Below are positions 48,550 through 57,977 of a DNA stretch of 64,000 bases, piece by piece (position 1 is the stretch's first letter; each line of letters begins with the position of its first letter). The position numbers were made by a program, and so were the translations under genes. This DNA comes from a virus (taxonomy: Duplodnaviria; Caudoviricetes). Under the pieces are notes generated by a model. It was not told the DNA's origin and searched no databases. It saw nothing but the letters and a program-made list of their open reading frames with translations. The DNA lies in IMG/VR virus record IMGVR_UViG_3300029288_000085, positions 64,001-128,000 of that record. One strand, given 5' to 3'.

Positions 48550-49071
48550 CTATTTTTTGACCAAAACCCAAGTTTTTGGCTTTACACCTTTAGCTGAAAC
48601 TACATCGGTACATTTAAATCCATAATCTTTTACCAATATTTCAGCAGCTTCAAGGTTTGATACTTCTACGTTACTTTCATCTTTATGTTGATCAGCAATA
48701 TCCCTACCAATTTCCATTTTTCTATTCAATCTTAACTTCAATGGTATAGTAGCTCCTGTCTTCCATTGCTTCATAACAGTAAAAAACTCTTCAGCAGTAA
48801 TTGCATATTCATCAATTACATCTTTGATTGTCTTGCTTAAATCATATTTTGATTGATCAACATTGAATATATTCTGAGTTTGTTGAACTTTACTAACTGT
48901 GTTAGAAGGTTCCACATCAGTACTTTCATCTCCAACTAATACTTCTGCATTCTTTGATTCAAGCAAATCATATTGTTCTCGTACCATGTTGTTCTTCTTG
49001 AGACATGCTGTCAAATGCATCTCTAAAGATTTAAAACTACCACCACAAATCCTACAAATTTTTTCATCCAT
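48550..49071 (-). CDS. Hypothetical protein with an N-terminal Zn finger
   Basis: CRICG..FKSL..HL..C. Confidence 0.6.
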   Translation of the reverse strand: MDEKICRICGGSFKSLEMHLTACLKKNNMVREQYDLLESKNAEVLVGDESTDVEPSNTVSKVQQTQNIFNVDQSKYDLSKTIKDVIDEYAITAEEFFTVMKQWKTGATIPLKLRLNRKMEIGRDIADQHKDESNVEVSNLEAAEILVKDYGFKCTDVVSAKGVKPKTWVLVKK

Positions 49072-49098
49072 TTTGAATACTTACCTCCATAAGTCATT

Positions 49099-49455
49099 CT
49101 ATTTACTTTGATCTTTTAATTGTTTGCTTAATGGTTTAGTTGTATCTATATAAAAATCTTGATAGCTATCCTGTTTACCATAAGCCTTATTGATGTCTCT
49201 TCGATAATTCTTCATGCCCACATGTTCCTCTGCATGAGTTCCATAAACTTCTTCACCGTGAATCCAAAGAAAAAGTTTATTCATATCCACACTGGTTCTA
49301 GGAACCTCATCTGATAATCTTTTAGTAGTACCAGTATCTCGTATACTGTAAGTTCCATCTGAATTGCGGGTTGCAGCCCTATCAGGATATATTGCATCCT
49401 TATCACTTACATCACTTCTTGGTATACTAGCTAAAGTATCGCTATCTATTGGCAT
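49099..49455 (-). CDS. Hypothetical protein
   Basis: ORF track, late-operon orientation. Confidence 0.6.
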   Translation of the reverse strand: MPIDSDTLASIPRSDVSDKDAIYPDRAATRNSDGTYSIRDTGTTKRLSDEVPRTSVDMNKLFLWIHGEEVYGTHAEEHVGMKNYRRDINKAYGKQDSYQDFYIDTTKPLSKQLKDQSK

Positions 49456-49478
49456 TACAAATCATCTCTTTTAGAATT

Positions 49479-49651
49479 TTCTCTACCTTATCTAAATTAG
49501 ATAAGGTAGAGAACTAATCTATGAATTGTGATTCATAGACGGTACTTAGATTCTATCTAAGTAGTAAAAACACAGGTTGGAATCAAAAAAACAGTGAATA
49601 TTCGTTTTTAGTCATCATACGCACAATGTATAAAATGGCTGTATCCAACCT
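49479..49651. other. Cluster of four inverted repeats, possibly a structured RNA
   Basis: 17 bp perfect inverted repeat at 49479-49513, hairpins at 49518-49539 and 49543-49563, and AGGTTGGA/TCCAACCT arms at 49574-49651. Confidence 0.6.
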
Positions 49652-49664
49652 TATTGAAAGACCT

Positions 49665-50417
49665 TTATACCAATCTAGTTCCACAATTAAAGCAGAACTT
49701 ATTTGACGACTTGTTTGTTCTTCCACAAGTCGTACAGTTGACTTTCATATTCACTGTTTGAGGTCTATCAACTTCAACTTTGTTACTATCTGTTCCTTTT
49801 AGCATAAGTGTTATTACATGAGAGGTATTCTCCAAAGTTCCAATATTACCGTATGTAAATCCTTGATTACAATCAGAACCTTTCACCGTTATACCATCCT
49901 CTGTTGATTCTTTCTGGAAATCATTACAACATCTTGCTTGCACACTAGTAGTATTTGATCCTATTGAATTATAATATGCTGTATTATAATATACTGTATC
50001 CCATACAGCTTTAGGTTCCTGATAATAATGGTTATAATGCCAAATTTGGGGTAACGGTTCCCAAATCTTTTCAAAAGTATACTCTACCCTAACTATCCCA
50101 TCATCTACCCTATCACCACGATGTTCAGATATCTCATCAGTTTTCTTGATAAATTTGAATCTATTCTTTACATTAAGACCTTCTTTTATGCCAAGAAGAT
50201 CAATTGATTCATTTGAATTGAGAATTATCCTACCATCTTTGGTTGCTGACTCACCATCAACTTCAACTGAAACTACTGCTTTTACCGAATTTAGATTCTT
50301 AATTAGAATTGAATACTCTGAACCAAAAGGTAGAGTGACTATATCATTGATTTCTCTAAGAATCTTACCCTGACACTTGATTGCTACTACAAACTTGTTT
50401 TGATGTACCATATACAT
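49665..50417 (-). CDS. Conserved phage hypothetical protein with a C-terminal zinc ribbon
   Basis: LPFGSEYSI..KNLN and CTTCG...KFC.NCG. Confidence 0.7.
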   Translation of the reverse strand: MYMVHQNKFVVAIKCQGKILREINDIVTLPFGSEYSILIKNLNSVKAVVSVEVDGESATKDGRIILNSNESIDLLGIKEGLNVKNRFKFIKKTDEISEHRGDRVDDGIVRVEYTFEKIWEPLPQIWHYNHYYQEPKAVWDTVYYNTAYYNSIGSNTTSVQARCCNDFQKESTEDGITVKGSDCNQGFTYGNIGTLENTSHVITLMLKGTDSNKVEVDRPQTVNMKVNCTTCGRTNKSSNKFCFNCGTRLV

Positions 50418-50500
50418 TCTCCCTCATAAAGGTTTTAGGCTAAAACCTTAAAATTTAAAGCCTATTAGGTTTCATTCAATACCCGATGATGACCTATAAT

Positions 50501-50528
50501 AAAAAAGGGGTGAAGTTTCCTCCACCCC
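50501..50528 (-). terminator. Rho-independent terminator after the major capsid gene
   Basis: GGGGTGGAG-GAAA-CTTCACCCC-TTTTTT. Confidence 0.85.
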
Positions 50529-50558
50529 ATATCTATAACAGTCCTAAGTTGTTATATT

Positions 50559-51521
50559 TTAAGTAGAAGTAATGTTACATGCGTAAGCATATCTCCAGTT
50601 AGTTACGGCCCCACCAAATCTACAAAAGATAGAAGCGAAGTAGTCTTTTGAAGTTTCATCCTGCCAAAAGTCTAATCCAACATCTTCTCTTTCAGTAGCC
50701 ATAAGGCCCTTTCCTCTGGAAATCATAAACCACCCATCTGCATCAGTAAGCTGACCCCATTCCATAGGATTGAGAATAGCTCTCATGACGTTAGTATCAT
50801 TATCCATTGACCCTGGAATCAAAGTTGATTCCAAAATAACAGCAGCAGTAAACTTTAATGCTGTGGGTAAAAGAAGAGTATCTGCTCGTAAACTGATCAA
50901 CTCATCCCTCTCATCCCTGTTATTGGTAGAATGGAATGTAAGCCACGTAGTCTGAAGATTATCAGAAGTTAATGATCTAGTTTCCGTATAGTTAGCATAT
51001 GTAGCACCTGTCCTACTTGCGTGAGTAGTGGAGAACCAAGGCTTTCCATCATATGCCACATTTCCGGTAGGATCATCGACTACACCAGTAATACTATTAT
51101 TAAAAACATCATTACCAGCAGTTTTTGCCCCATTAATCCAGAATTTAGCATAGAACTTATCCTTTGTTATAGGAACCATCCTACTCCATGATTGAACAGC
51201 AGATTGTAGCAAATTGCCACCTTTCTGAGCATCCTTTACAGTCTCATAAGTGAACCTTACAAGACGACCAAAAGATCTATTTTTACATACGATTGTATAA
51301 CTCTCCATTGGAGCGTCAGCTTGTAGGTCTTCTCCTTCAGGCTTTTCCATAAGTTCCCCAAGGCCAATAGCAGAATTGAATTTCTCATAAGCTGCATTAG
51401 ATTGAACTACGTCAAATAATTGCCCCCACACAGGAGCTACGTCATCATATGATTCCCAGTACCAATTATAAAGATCTTGTTTCATTGCTTCAGTAAATTG
51501 ATTTCTTGAAACACCAGCCAT
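50559..51521 (-). CDS. Major capsid protein (HK97 fold, Mu gpT-like family)
   Basis: S..AYE....G.G....K.EG, DGK..F.T.H, LL.P..L...A..IL.S..PG...ND.N, RF.....WR; strong RBS and a terminator. Confidence 0.9.
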   Translation of the reverse strand: MAGVSRNQFTEAMKQDLYNWYWESYDDVAPVWGQLFDVVQSNAAYEKFNSAIGLGELMEKPEGEDLQADAPMESYTIVCKNRSFGRLVRFTYETVKDAQKGGNLLQSAVQSWSRMVPITKDKFYAKFWINGAKTAGNDVFNNSITGVVDDPTGNVAYDGKPWFSTTHASRTGATYANYTETRSLTSDNLQTTWLTFHSTNNRDERDELISLRADTLLLPTALKFTAAVILESTLIPGSMDNDTNVMRAILNPMEWGQLTDADGWFMISRGKGLMATEREDVGLDFWQDETSKDYFASIFCRFGGAVTNWRYAYACNITST

Positions 51522-51540
51522 ACTATATTACACCTCCCCC

Positions 51541-52029
51541 TTATACACCTTGTCTCTTAGTCTGCTTTACTTTAACGTAAAGTATATTTTTATCTGCATC
51601 GACATCTACGACAAAGAGAGGAGATGCAGTTACAGCACCACATACTTGTGCTTTTTGAGTTAGTGCATATGTAGCTCCTACAATGCAAAGTCCTGCGCCT
51701 TTCCCTATCCAACTAGCTGCAATACTGGCGTTTACCTCTCTGCCAGGAATTGCAAACACGTTTTCAGGATCAGCATAAATAACAAATAACTTATCAGCAG
51801 CATTAGTTCCAGAACCTTTCCAAGCATTCTTACTGTCAGCTTGTTTTGGCGCAACAGCCCATCCAAATACTCTACCGACACCTGAAGCTACTAAACTAGC
51901 TTCTCCGGCGATTATTTGAACGAAGGCCCCACCCTGCCGATGAAAATACTGGTTGGCTTTTAAAGGAAGTTCCCGGCCTTTGCCTGGACCTTCTGCCAAC
52001 CCCATTCTTAATTCCGTTGGTGTTGCCAT
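51541..52029 (-). CDS. Capsid decoration/cement protein
   Basis: Small Gly/Ala-rich protein immediately upstream of the major capsid gene. Confidence 0.7.
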   Translation of the reverse strand: MATPTELRMGLAEGPGKGRELPLKANQYFHRQGGAFVQIIAGEASLVASGVGRVFGWAVAPKQADSKNAWKGSGTNAADKLFVIYADPENVFAIPGREVNASIAASWIGKGAGLCIVGATYALTQKAQVCGAVTASPLFVVDVDADKNILYVKVKQTKRQGV

Positions 52030-52075
52030 CTATATTTTCACCTTCCTATAAAATAGGATAAGGATCATATCCTTA

Positions 52076-52408
52076 TTATTCCTTTTTTTTGTGTAATTTT
52101 GAATCTCTCTTTACTGCAAGTGGAATCCAATCTGCTACATCAATCTGATGATATTCAGCTTCTTCAACAAGTTTTCTGATTTTCTCATCCCTAATTGATG
52201 CAAAAGTGATAAGTGCTTGATATCTATGACTTATAGTATCTAAACTATGTCTTACACTTTTTAAATCATCTATAAGTTTACTATTAGTTTTCTCTAAATC
52301 ATATATCGTTTTCTGATTAGATTCTTGTAAAATCCTATTTGATCTTGCAACAGATTCCAACAGTTCAGATAATTCTTTTTCTGTCTTATTGTGTTTTTTA
52401 AAAAACAT
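52076..52408 (-). CDS. Coiled-coil protein with a scaffold-like C-terminal tail
   Basis: The last ~30 aa are homologous to the scaffold C-terminus. Confidence 0.7.
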   Translation of the reverse strand: MFFKKHNKTEKELSELLESVARSNRILQESNQKTIYDLEKTNSKLIDDLKSVRHSLDTISHRYQALITFASIRDEKIRKLVEEAEYHQIDVADWIPLAVKRDSKLHKKKE

Positions 52409-52429
52409 AAATTAACCCCTCCAGGTCAT

Positions 52430-53377
52430 TTATTCCTTTTTCTTATGTAATTTGGCATCCTTTTTTTCTTTTATTTTTACCCACTGTTCAACTGGTATAC
52501 CATGAAATTCAGCTTCTTCTTTCAACTGTGGATCACTAAGATTATATTTCTTTCCTGATTCAGTAACAATTTCTTTTCTGTTCTTATCAGTGTTAGTCTC
52601 CCGACCACCACCTACTCCACCTTTTGCATCTACCACAACAAGATTTTCATTGTCTGGATCTTTAAGAAACTTTTCCACATACTCAGAAATAGTCATTTCA
52701 GTTAGTGGTTTACCTTTTGAATCTCTAGTATAAACAAAGAACTTATCAACATCTTTATCATATTCAAAATCATTCATGATTAATCTGGCAATTTGAGAAG
52801 GATTATATGCCTTCAATTTACCAGCTTGTTCTATGATTTCTCCCCTAAGCGTTGCCCTTCTCAGAGTGTCGATTTCTTTTTCTTTAGATTCAACAGTAGA
52901 TTTATATCTATCAGTGGTAGACTTTAATTCAGTAAACTGCTTTTCCATATCTTTCTTAAAGTCACTAAAGGTTCTTTCCAACCTAATCTTCTCTTTTTCA
53001 ACTTCTGATTTATTTTTTAATTCATTTTCCTCTTTAGCCTTTTCTGCTTCAGTCTTGAACTTTCTTAACTCGTCTAATTCTGTTTCTAAAGTCTTATACT
53101 TTTCAGGATCGGCAGTGGAGTCCAACTTTTTCTCTAAATCAGATATTTTAGTCTTCAAAGATCGTGTATCGGCAGAAACTCTATCCCTCTTATCAAAAGC
53201 CTTTTTAGCTTCTGCTTCCCAATAAGCCACTTTCTTCTTTACAGTATCTAAATCGTCAGTATCACTGACTTTTATTTTATTATCAATTTCTTTTTGAAGT
53301 GCTTCATCCGTCTGGATATCCTTCACTTCAATGCCTAATTCTTTAGCCTTTTCGACTAATTCTGTATTTAATCCCAT
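52430..53377 (-). CDS. Capsid scaffolding protein
   Basis: Highly charged coiled coil with A.NP.Q and L....GG.G motifs; lies between portal and capsid. Confidence 0.85.
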   Translation of the reverse strand: MGLNTELVEKAKELGIEVKDIQTDEALQKEIDNKIKVSDTDDLDTVKKKVAYWEAEAKKAFDKRDRVSADTRSLKTKISDLEKKLDSTADPEKYKTLETELDELRKFKTEAEKAKEENELKNKSEVEKEKIRLERTFSDFKKDMEKQFTELKSTTDRYKSTVESKEKEIDTLRRATLRGEIIEQAGKLKAYNPSQIARLIMNDFEYDKDVDKFFVYTRDSKGKPLTEMTISEYVEKFLKDPDNENLVVVDAKGGVGGGRETNTDKNRKEIVTESGKKYNLSDPQLKEEAEFHGIPVEQWVKIKEKKDAKLHKKKE

Positions 53378-53481
53378 ACTACCTCCGTAGTTTTTTGTTT
53401 ATATAAAGTCATCTAATCCAGATGAATGTTAATTGCCATTTTATGAGGTGTTTTCAATACAATATAATACTGATGACTAGA

Positions 53482-55053
53482 TTATTCTTTTTCTACTCTA
53501 TGTTCTATTTTTTCCTTCTCTACTGTAGTTTTAGTTCTAAATGTTTTACCTGCATTAGATTGATTGTTTCCACCAGCTTTATCCTCTGTTTTTCGTATGT
53601 TCTCATCTTCGGATGATGTATCCCCTCGTGCATTAACTGGTTCGACGATACCATCTCCTGATTCAATCTCATCTTCGATAGTCTTTCGTATACTATTAGG
53701 AGCTAATGGTAATGCTGCCCTAGCAATATTCTTCTGAATAGTCTTATTTAAAGTAGTAGAAAAGTTCCTTTCCATAACAGGAAAGGAAGATTTAACCATT
53801 TCATCAAGAGAAGTAATATCAAATGAATTTGGATATTTTACTTCTTCCATTTCGGAAGTGTTTTTTCCCATATAAGCATAAGCAATTCGAGATATATCAT
53901 TTTCAAACTTCTGATAACATCTTGACGTTTCAGCAAGAATAGAGTTGACACTTAAGAATCCAATTTGTCTAGCTCTACCGGAAGAACCAACATACATATC
54001 ATCTGAAGAACCTATCAAACCACCAATTCTAAATATTTCTTTTATGTGATCTACAATTATTTTCCAGATAGTTTGTATATTTTGGGTATCAGGAGAGATA
54101 AAAGCAGGAGCATGTCTTGCATCAGCATTAAATGTCCACACCGATGCAGTACCTACTTTACGAAGTGGGTCATCCCCACTTTCTTTTTGCTCACTCAGTG
54201 AACCATCATCTGGTATTACTAGTTGGGAGAATGTTTGTCTTTCAATCTGTTCATCTACACAGGAAGACCAATTAAGTATAGCCCTATTTATATAGACTAT
54301 ATCTTTTATCATTGATTCCCCAACTTTATCATTATCAATATCTTTATGATATACTGTTACAAGTGGAACTATACCTAATTCATTCGTACCTTTTACAGAT
54401 ACACCTTCCCCAAGATCAGCAGGAGCACCTTTCTCATCCTCAATTCGCCATTCTTTGGTGGTAATAAGATGATAGTGATTCTTTTCTTCTCTCTCAATAG
54501 CAGGATCTTCATCCGAATAATAAGTACTCTGAATAACAACCCATCTATAATTGCCATCTATATCTAAAGACCAATCAACTAACTGAGTTGGATAAACTAG
54601 TTTGCAATAAGGATATATTTTATTATCCTTCATAAATCTAGCTGTAACCCTTTCTTTATTTTTATCTGGCATATTAACTAAAACATGCATAACCCCAAAA
54701 ATCTTGGAGAAAAAGCCAATTTTAGCAACAAAATCAGAGATTGGAGTTCCTCTACCATCCGTACTTTTTCTGAAAACATCTAAAGTCTCATCGGGTGGAC
54801 GTTCAATATCCTCTTTGAAGATGAACGCATTGTATATGGATGGCAGAACAGAACAATAGTTAAGATAGTATGCTCTCTCAAGTCGTTCATCAAAATCTGT
54901 TGAATCTTCGAGCCTATGTGTGAAGAGATTGTCTTCATTTATAAAGTCGTCCCCCCCTTTTACAGCATCTTTATACAAATTCCAACTATCAATGTTATCC
55001 ATAAAAAGAGGATGTAACCGTTCTGATAGAAGTAGTTTTTTAGCTTTAGCCAT
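53482..55053 (-). CDS. Portal protein
   Basis: HP.....W....D...GG, E....F..RL.RA.Y.N, D..G..I..F, N.LG.VP.V; follows terL. Confidence 0.9.
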   Translation of the reverse strand: MAKAKKLLLSERLHPLFMDNIDSWNLYKDAVKGGDDFINEDNLFTHRLEDSTDFDERLERAYYLNYCSVLPSIYNAFIFKEDIERPPDETLDVFRKSTDGRGTPISDFVAKIGFFSKIFGVMHVLVNMPDKNKERVTARFMKDNKIYPYCKLVYPTQLVDWSLDIDGNYRWVVIQSTYYSDEDPAIEREEKNHYHLITTKEWRIEDEKGAPADLGEGVSVKGTNELGIVPLVTVYHKDIDNDKVGESMIKDIVYINRAILNWSSCVDEQIERQTFSQLVIPDDGSLSEQKESGDDPLRKVGTASVWTFNADARHAPAFISPDTQNIQTIWKIIVDHIKEIFRIGGLIGSSDDMYVGSSGRARQIGFLSVNSILAETSRCYQKFENDISRIAYAYMGKNTSEMEEVKYPNSFDITSLDEMVKSSFPVMERNFSTTLNKTIQKNIARAALPLAPNSIRKTIEDEIESGDGIVEPVNARGDTSSEDENIRKTEDKAGGNNQSNAGKTFRTKTTVEKEKIEHRVEKE

Positions 55054-55136
55054 TCCTTTTCACTACCTTTTATTAATTATGACATTGCATGTCATAGTAA
55101 GAGCCACCTTCAATGCTATACAAATCTTCATATTAG

Positions 55137-57044
55137 CTACCTTTTCTTATTTTCTAAGAAGGTCATCCGAAAACGAGGAGCTTGTGCTACTCTAAATGCC
55201 ATTTCAATAGCATCACAAGCATGATCTGCTGAATCATCCTCTCCCGTATAAGTTGTTATTTCTTCCACACATGTTCTATATGACGAATTATATGAATATT
55301 TATGTTTATCGAATACTAAAGTACCATCCTTTAAGAAAGGTACTATACCTTCAAATCTCAATTTCTTATCTTGATAATTATCAATACCCTGAACTGGTAT
55401 ATAAACACCTTGTTCTCTTGATTTCTTCTGGAGATCCTTCATAACTACAAATTGAAAGCAATTAGTCTCTACTACAAAAAGTTTATAGTGAAATTCACCA
55501 TGCTTCTTTAGAATCGCATCTATCTGATCATCCACACTTCTAACTTTTTCATCCATTTCTATAACAAAAATATAACCTGTTTCTGGATCTCTTATAAGTG
55601 TAACGATACAGGAAGGATCACCCTTTCTACTTTTTTTACCTAAGCTTAAATCTATTGCACCATAAATTAATCCTTTTTCTGCACCTCTTTGAATTGCATC
55701 TGCTATCTTCTTATTTTGTTGGAAATACTCAAAATGTAATTCGGCCTCACTAATATATATTTTTGAAGTATCTACTGGAGAATTTTGCTTTTCTGTGATA
55801 AAACCACTAGGATTCGAAGATTTATAAACCATATTAGCATAATATGTATCACCTTCTGGCCATAAAACCTCAATTCCTTTTAACATCTCTTCTTTATGTT
55901 GTTCAAAGAACGCTTTTGCATCATCTTGTCTTTTTGGATTGAACCTATCTTTAAATAGATTCTCCCACTCATTCCAAAGATCTATATTTTCAGCAAACTT
56001 CTCAACAGCCTTAAATCTTGTACTCTTCCACGCTGGATATTCTTGTGGGTTAAGTAATGAATTTAAAAGTGAATCTTTACCTAAAATTGTTCCTACTACA
56101 AAAAAATCTGTTGATGACCCTTCTTCACCACCTGCAAATAACACTTCTTTATTAAACCACTCATATCTAATCTTATGTCTCTCAACATCAGATTTAACCA
56201 TTGCATGATTTTCACAATCATCTAAGAGCAGAAGGTCGGGCCTATGAATACCATACTTTCTACCCCTCACTTTGCTACCTGTACCAAGAGTGAGTAGTTT
56301 AACACTATTATTTGTTATAATATCTTCAGTTCTCCATATTGGCCCCTCACCACAAGCTTCTGGAAAATCTCTTTGCAATTTTTCATTAAGAAGCAATTCT
56401 TGTTTTAAATCATAAAGAAAATCAGTAGCCTGACCTGCTGTATCTGATATCATTATTATAAACTTCTTTTTCTGATAACAGATACACCACAATGGCATGA
56501 TGCAACTTACAATTGAACTTTTGCTATTCGCCCTTGGCGCAGCAATTGCCCATTTTACACCATTAGGATATCGGTTGATGTCTCTTGAAAGTGTGTGATA
56601 TAAGAATTTATGGAATCTGCTACTTGGTTTCTTTAGGAAGTGGGGAAAGTATCTTATAGCAAAAAGATAAAGATCATTTTTACATAATAACTTCAGAACT
56701 TTCAAATCAGCAGGAGATAAATCATGTTCATCTGATTCAATTGCTCTAGGGGATTCTGGAAATACTCTTTCCATATCCCCAGGAGCATGTTTTGGAACTT
56801 TTATAATCTCAGATTCATTATTTTCCCAGAACTCTTTTTCCTGATCAGTTTTATATTTTATCCTCTCATCTTTAGTGTTTTGCCACTTATAAGAGGCTAT
56901 TTCTTTATAATGTTCAGTTTTGGCAGCTTCAAGTTCTTTCTCATCAAAATAGGTAACTAGATAATCCGGCAATCCACCTTCAAATTTCTTATCAAGTTCT
57001 ACCCGTTCGGATTTAATCTCCTCCACTGTCTTCTTTTGTGACAT
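55137..57044 (-). CDS. terL: Terminase large subunit
   Basis: APR..SKS Walker A, RG......RPDL.LLDD.E Walker B, VGT coupling motif, and an RNase H domain (GAIDLS.G, VETN.FQ, DH.CDA). Confidence 0.95.
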   Translation of the reverse strand: MSQKKTVEEIKSERVELDKKFEGGLPDYLVTYFDEKELEAAKTEHYKEIASYKWQNTKDERIKYKTDQEKEFWENNESEIIKVPKHAPGDMERVFPESPRAIESDEHDLSPADLKVLKLLCKNDLYLFAIRYFPHFLKKPSSRFHKFLYHTLSRDINRYPNGVKWAIAAPRANSKSSIVSCIMPLWCICYQKKKFIIMISDTAGQATDFLYDLKQELLLNEKLQRDFPEACGEGPIWRTEDIITNNSVKLLTLGTGSKVRGRKYGIHRPDLLLLDDCENHAMVKSDVERHKIRYEWFNKEVLFAGGEEGSSTDFFVVGTILGKDSLLNSLLNPQEYPAWKSTRFKAVEKFAENIDLWNEWENLFKDRFNPKRQDDAKAFFEQHKEEMLKGIEVLWPEGDTYYANMVYKSSNPSGFITEKQNSPVDTSKIYISEAELHFEYFQQNKKIADAIQRGAEKGLIYGAIDLSLGKKSRKGDPSCIVTLIRDPETGYIFVIEMDEKVRSVDDQIDAILKKHGEFHYKLFVVETNCFQFVVMKDLQKKSREQGVYIPVQGIDNYQDKKLRFEGIVPFLKDGTLVFDKHKYSYNSSYRTCVEEITTYTGEDDSADHACDAIEMAFRVAQAPRFRMTFLENKKR

Positions 57045-57525
57045 TTTTCAGTTTTGCCTCATGGCTTTTCTTTATTAAATCGGATAACTTCTTTCCAATT
57101 TCCGAATCTACCTTTTCAGGTTCATAGGTATTTATTTGCTGGTTGATTTGCGTTGTAGGTGTACTCCTAACGGAATCCAATCCATACAACTGCATTCTCA
57201 GTTTAAGAGAGTCCATCCAAGCTGCAAAAAACATCTTAGCTGATTGAGCCTTTTCTTCATCCCTAAACTTCATAAATTGTGTTCTTGCTTCATTGGATGC
57301 TTCCAAAGCCTCAAGGTATATTTCCTGTCGCTTTTCAGCTATTTCCTCTTTACTAATATCGGAGAGTGCTAATTCGGCAATGTACTTTTCATATCTTTGT
57401 ACTGTCCTGATAGGAATATCCAGTTCTTTTGATATCTCACTAGATTCTTTCCCTTCATCTAATAGATCTTTTACTTTTTTTAGTCTATCATACCGTTCAA
57501 CTAAAGTTACTGTTCCTGTTGCCAT
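57013..57525 (-). CDS. terS: Terminase small subunit (HTH)
   Basis: N-terminal HTH (EIS.EL.IP.RTVQRY), R..L.GLD motif, overlaps terL. Confidence 0.75.
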   Translation of the reverse strand: MATGTVTLVERYDRLKKVKDLLDEGKESSEISKELDIPIRTVQRYEKYIAELALSDISKEEIAEKRQEIYLEALEASNEARTQFMKFRDEEKAQSAKMFFAAWMDSLKLRMQLYGLDSVRSTPTTQINQQINTYEPEKVDSEIGKKLSDLIKKSHEAKLKNVTKEDSGGD

Positions 57526-57722
57526 AGTAACCCTTTTCCTTTTTCTACTGCAAATCTAGTTATCATTGCCAATGAGAAATCAGTCAGTACATGGATAATT
57601 ATATCCTTTGTTAAATCATCTGCTGTCTTAAACTGCTCATTATTCTGTACAACCAAACGAGCTATTCCCTCTATTTCATTTCTTATGCTCATAAAATACC
57701 ATCTCTCTATAAAACTAATCAT
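57507..57722 (-). CDS. Hypothetical protein
   Basis: ORF track. Confidence 0.5.
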   Translation of the reverse strand: MISFIERWYFMSIRNEIEGIARLVVQNNEQFKTADDLTKDIIIHVLTDFSLAMITRFAVEKGKGLLWQQEQ

Positions 57723-57734
57723 TCAGATGACTTG

Positions 57735-57977
57735 TCATCCTCTATACCATTCTTCATCAACAACTGTAATGCTCTTGAGAATAGTTATTGGAACGTAGGC
57801 TTTTAGAATAGTCTTTCTGCTAAAAAATGACTTAGGTTTATCACGGAACTCAATTCGTTGATACCCATTTAGTTCATCATTGAAAACTTCAACAAAGTCA
57901 GCAGTATACCATTCCTTACTTCCATCTGTGAGATTAACTTCCCAAACAATCATGGCTTGGCTTCTCCTCTTCCTCAC
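57735..57977 (-). CDS. Hypothetical protein
   Basis: ORF track. Confidence 0.5.
   Translation of the reverse strand: MRKRRSQAMIVWEVNLTDGSKEWYTADFVEVFNDELNGYQRIEFRDKPKSFFSRKTILKAYVPITILKSITVVDEEWYRG

Noticed and set aside
50426-50464. preQ1-type riboswitch
   Set aside because: The H-type geometry appears only on the antisense strand, the consensus loop and tail do not match, and no queuosine genes are present.
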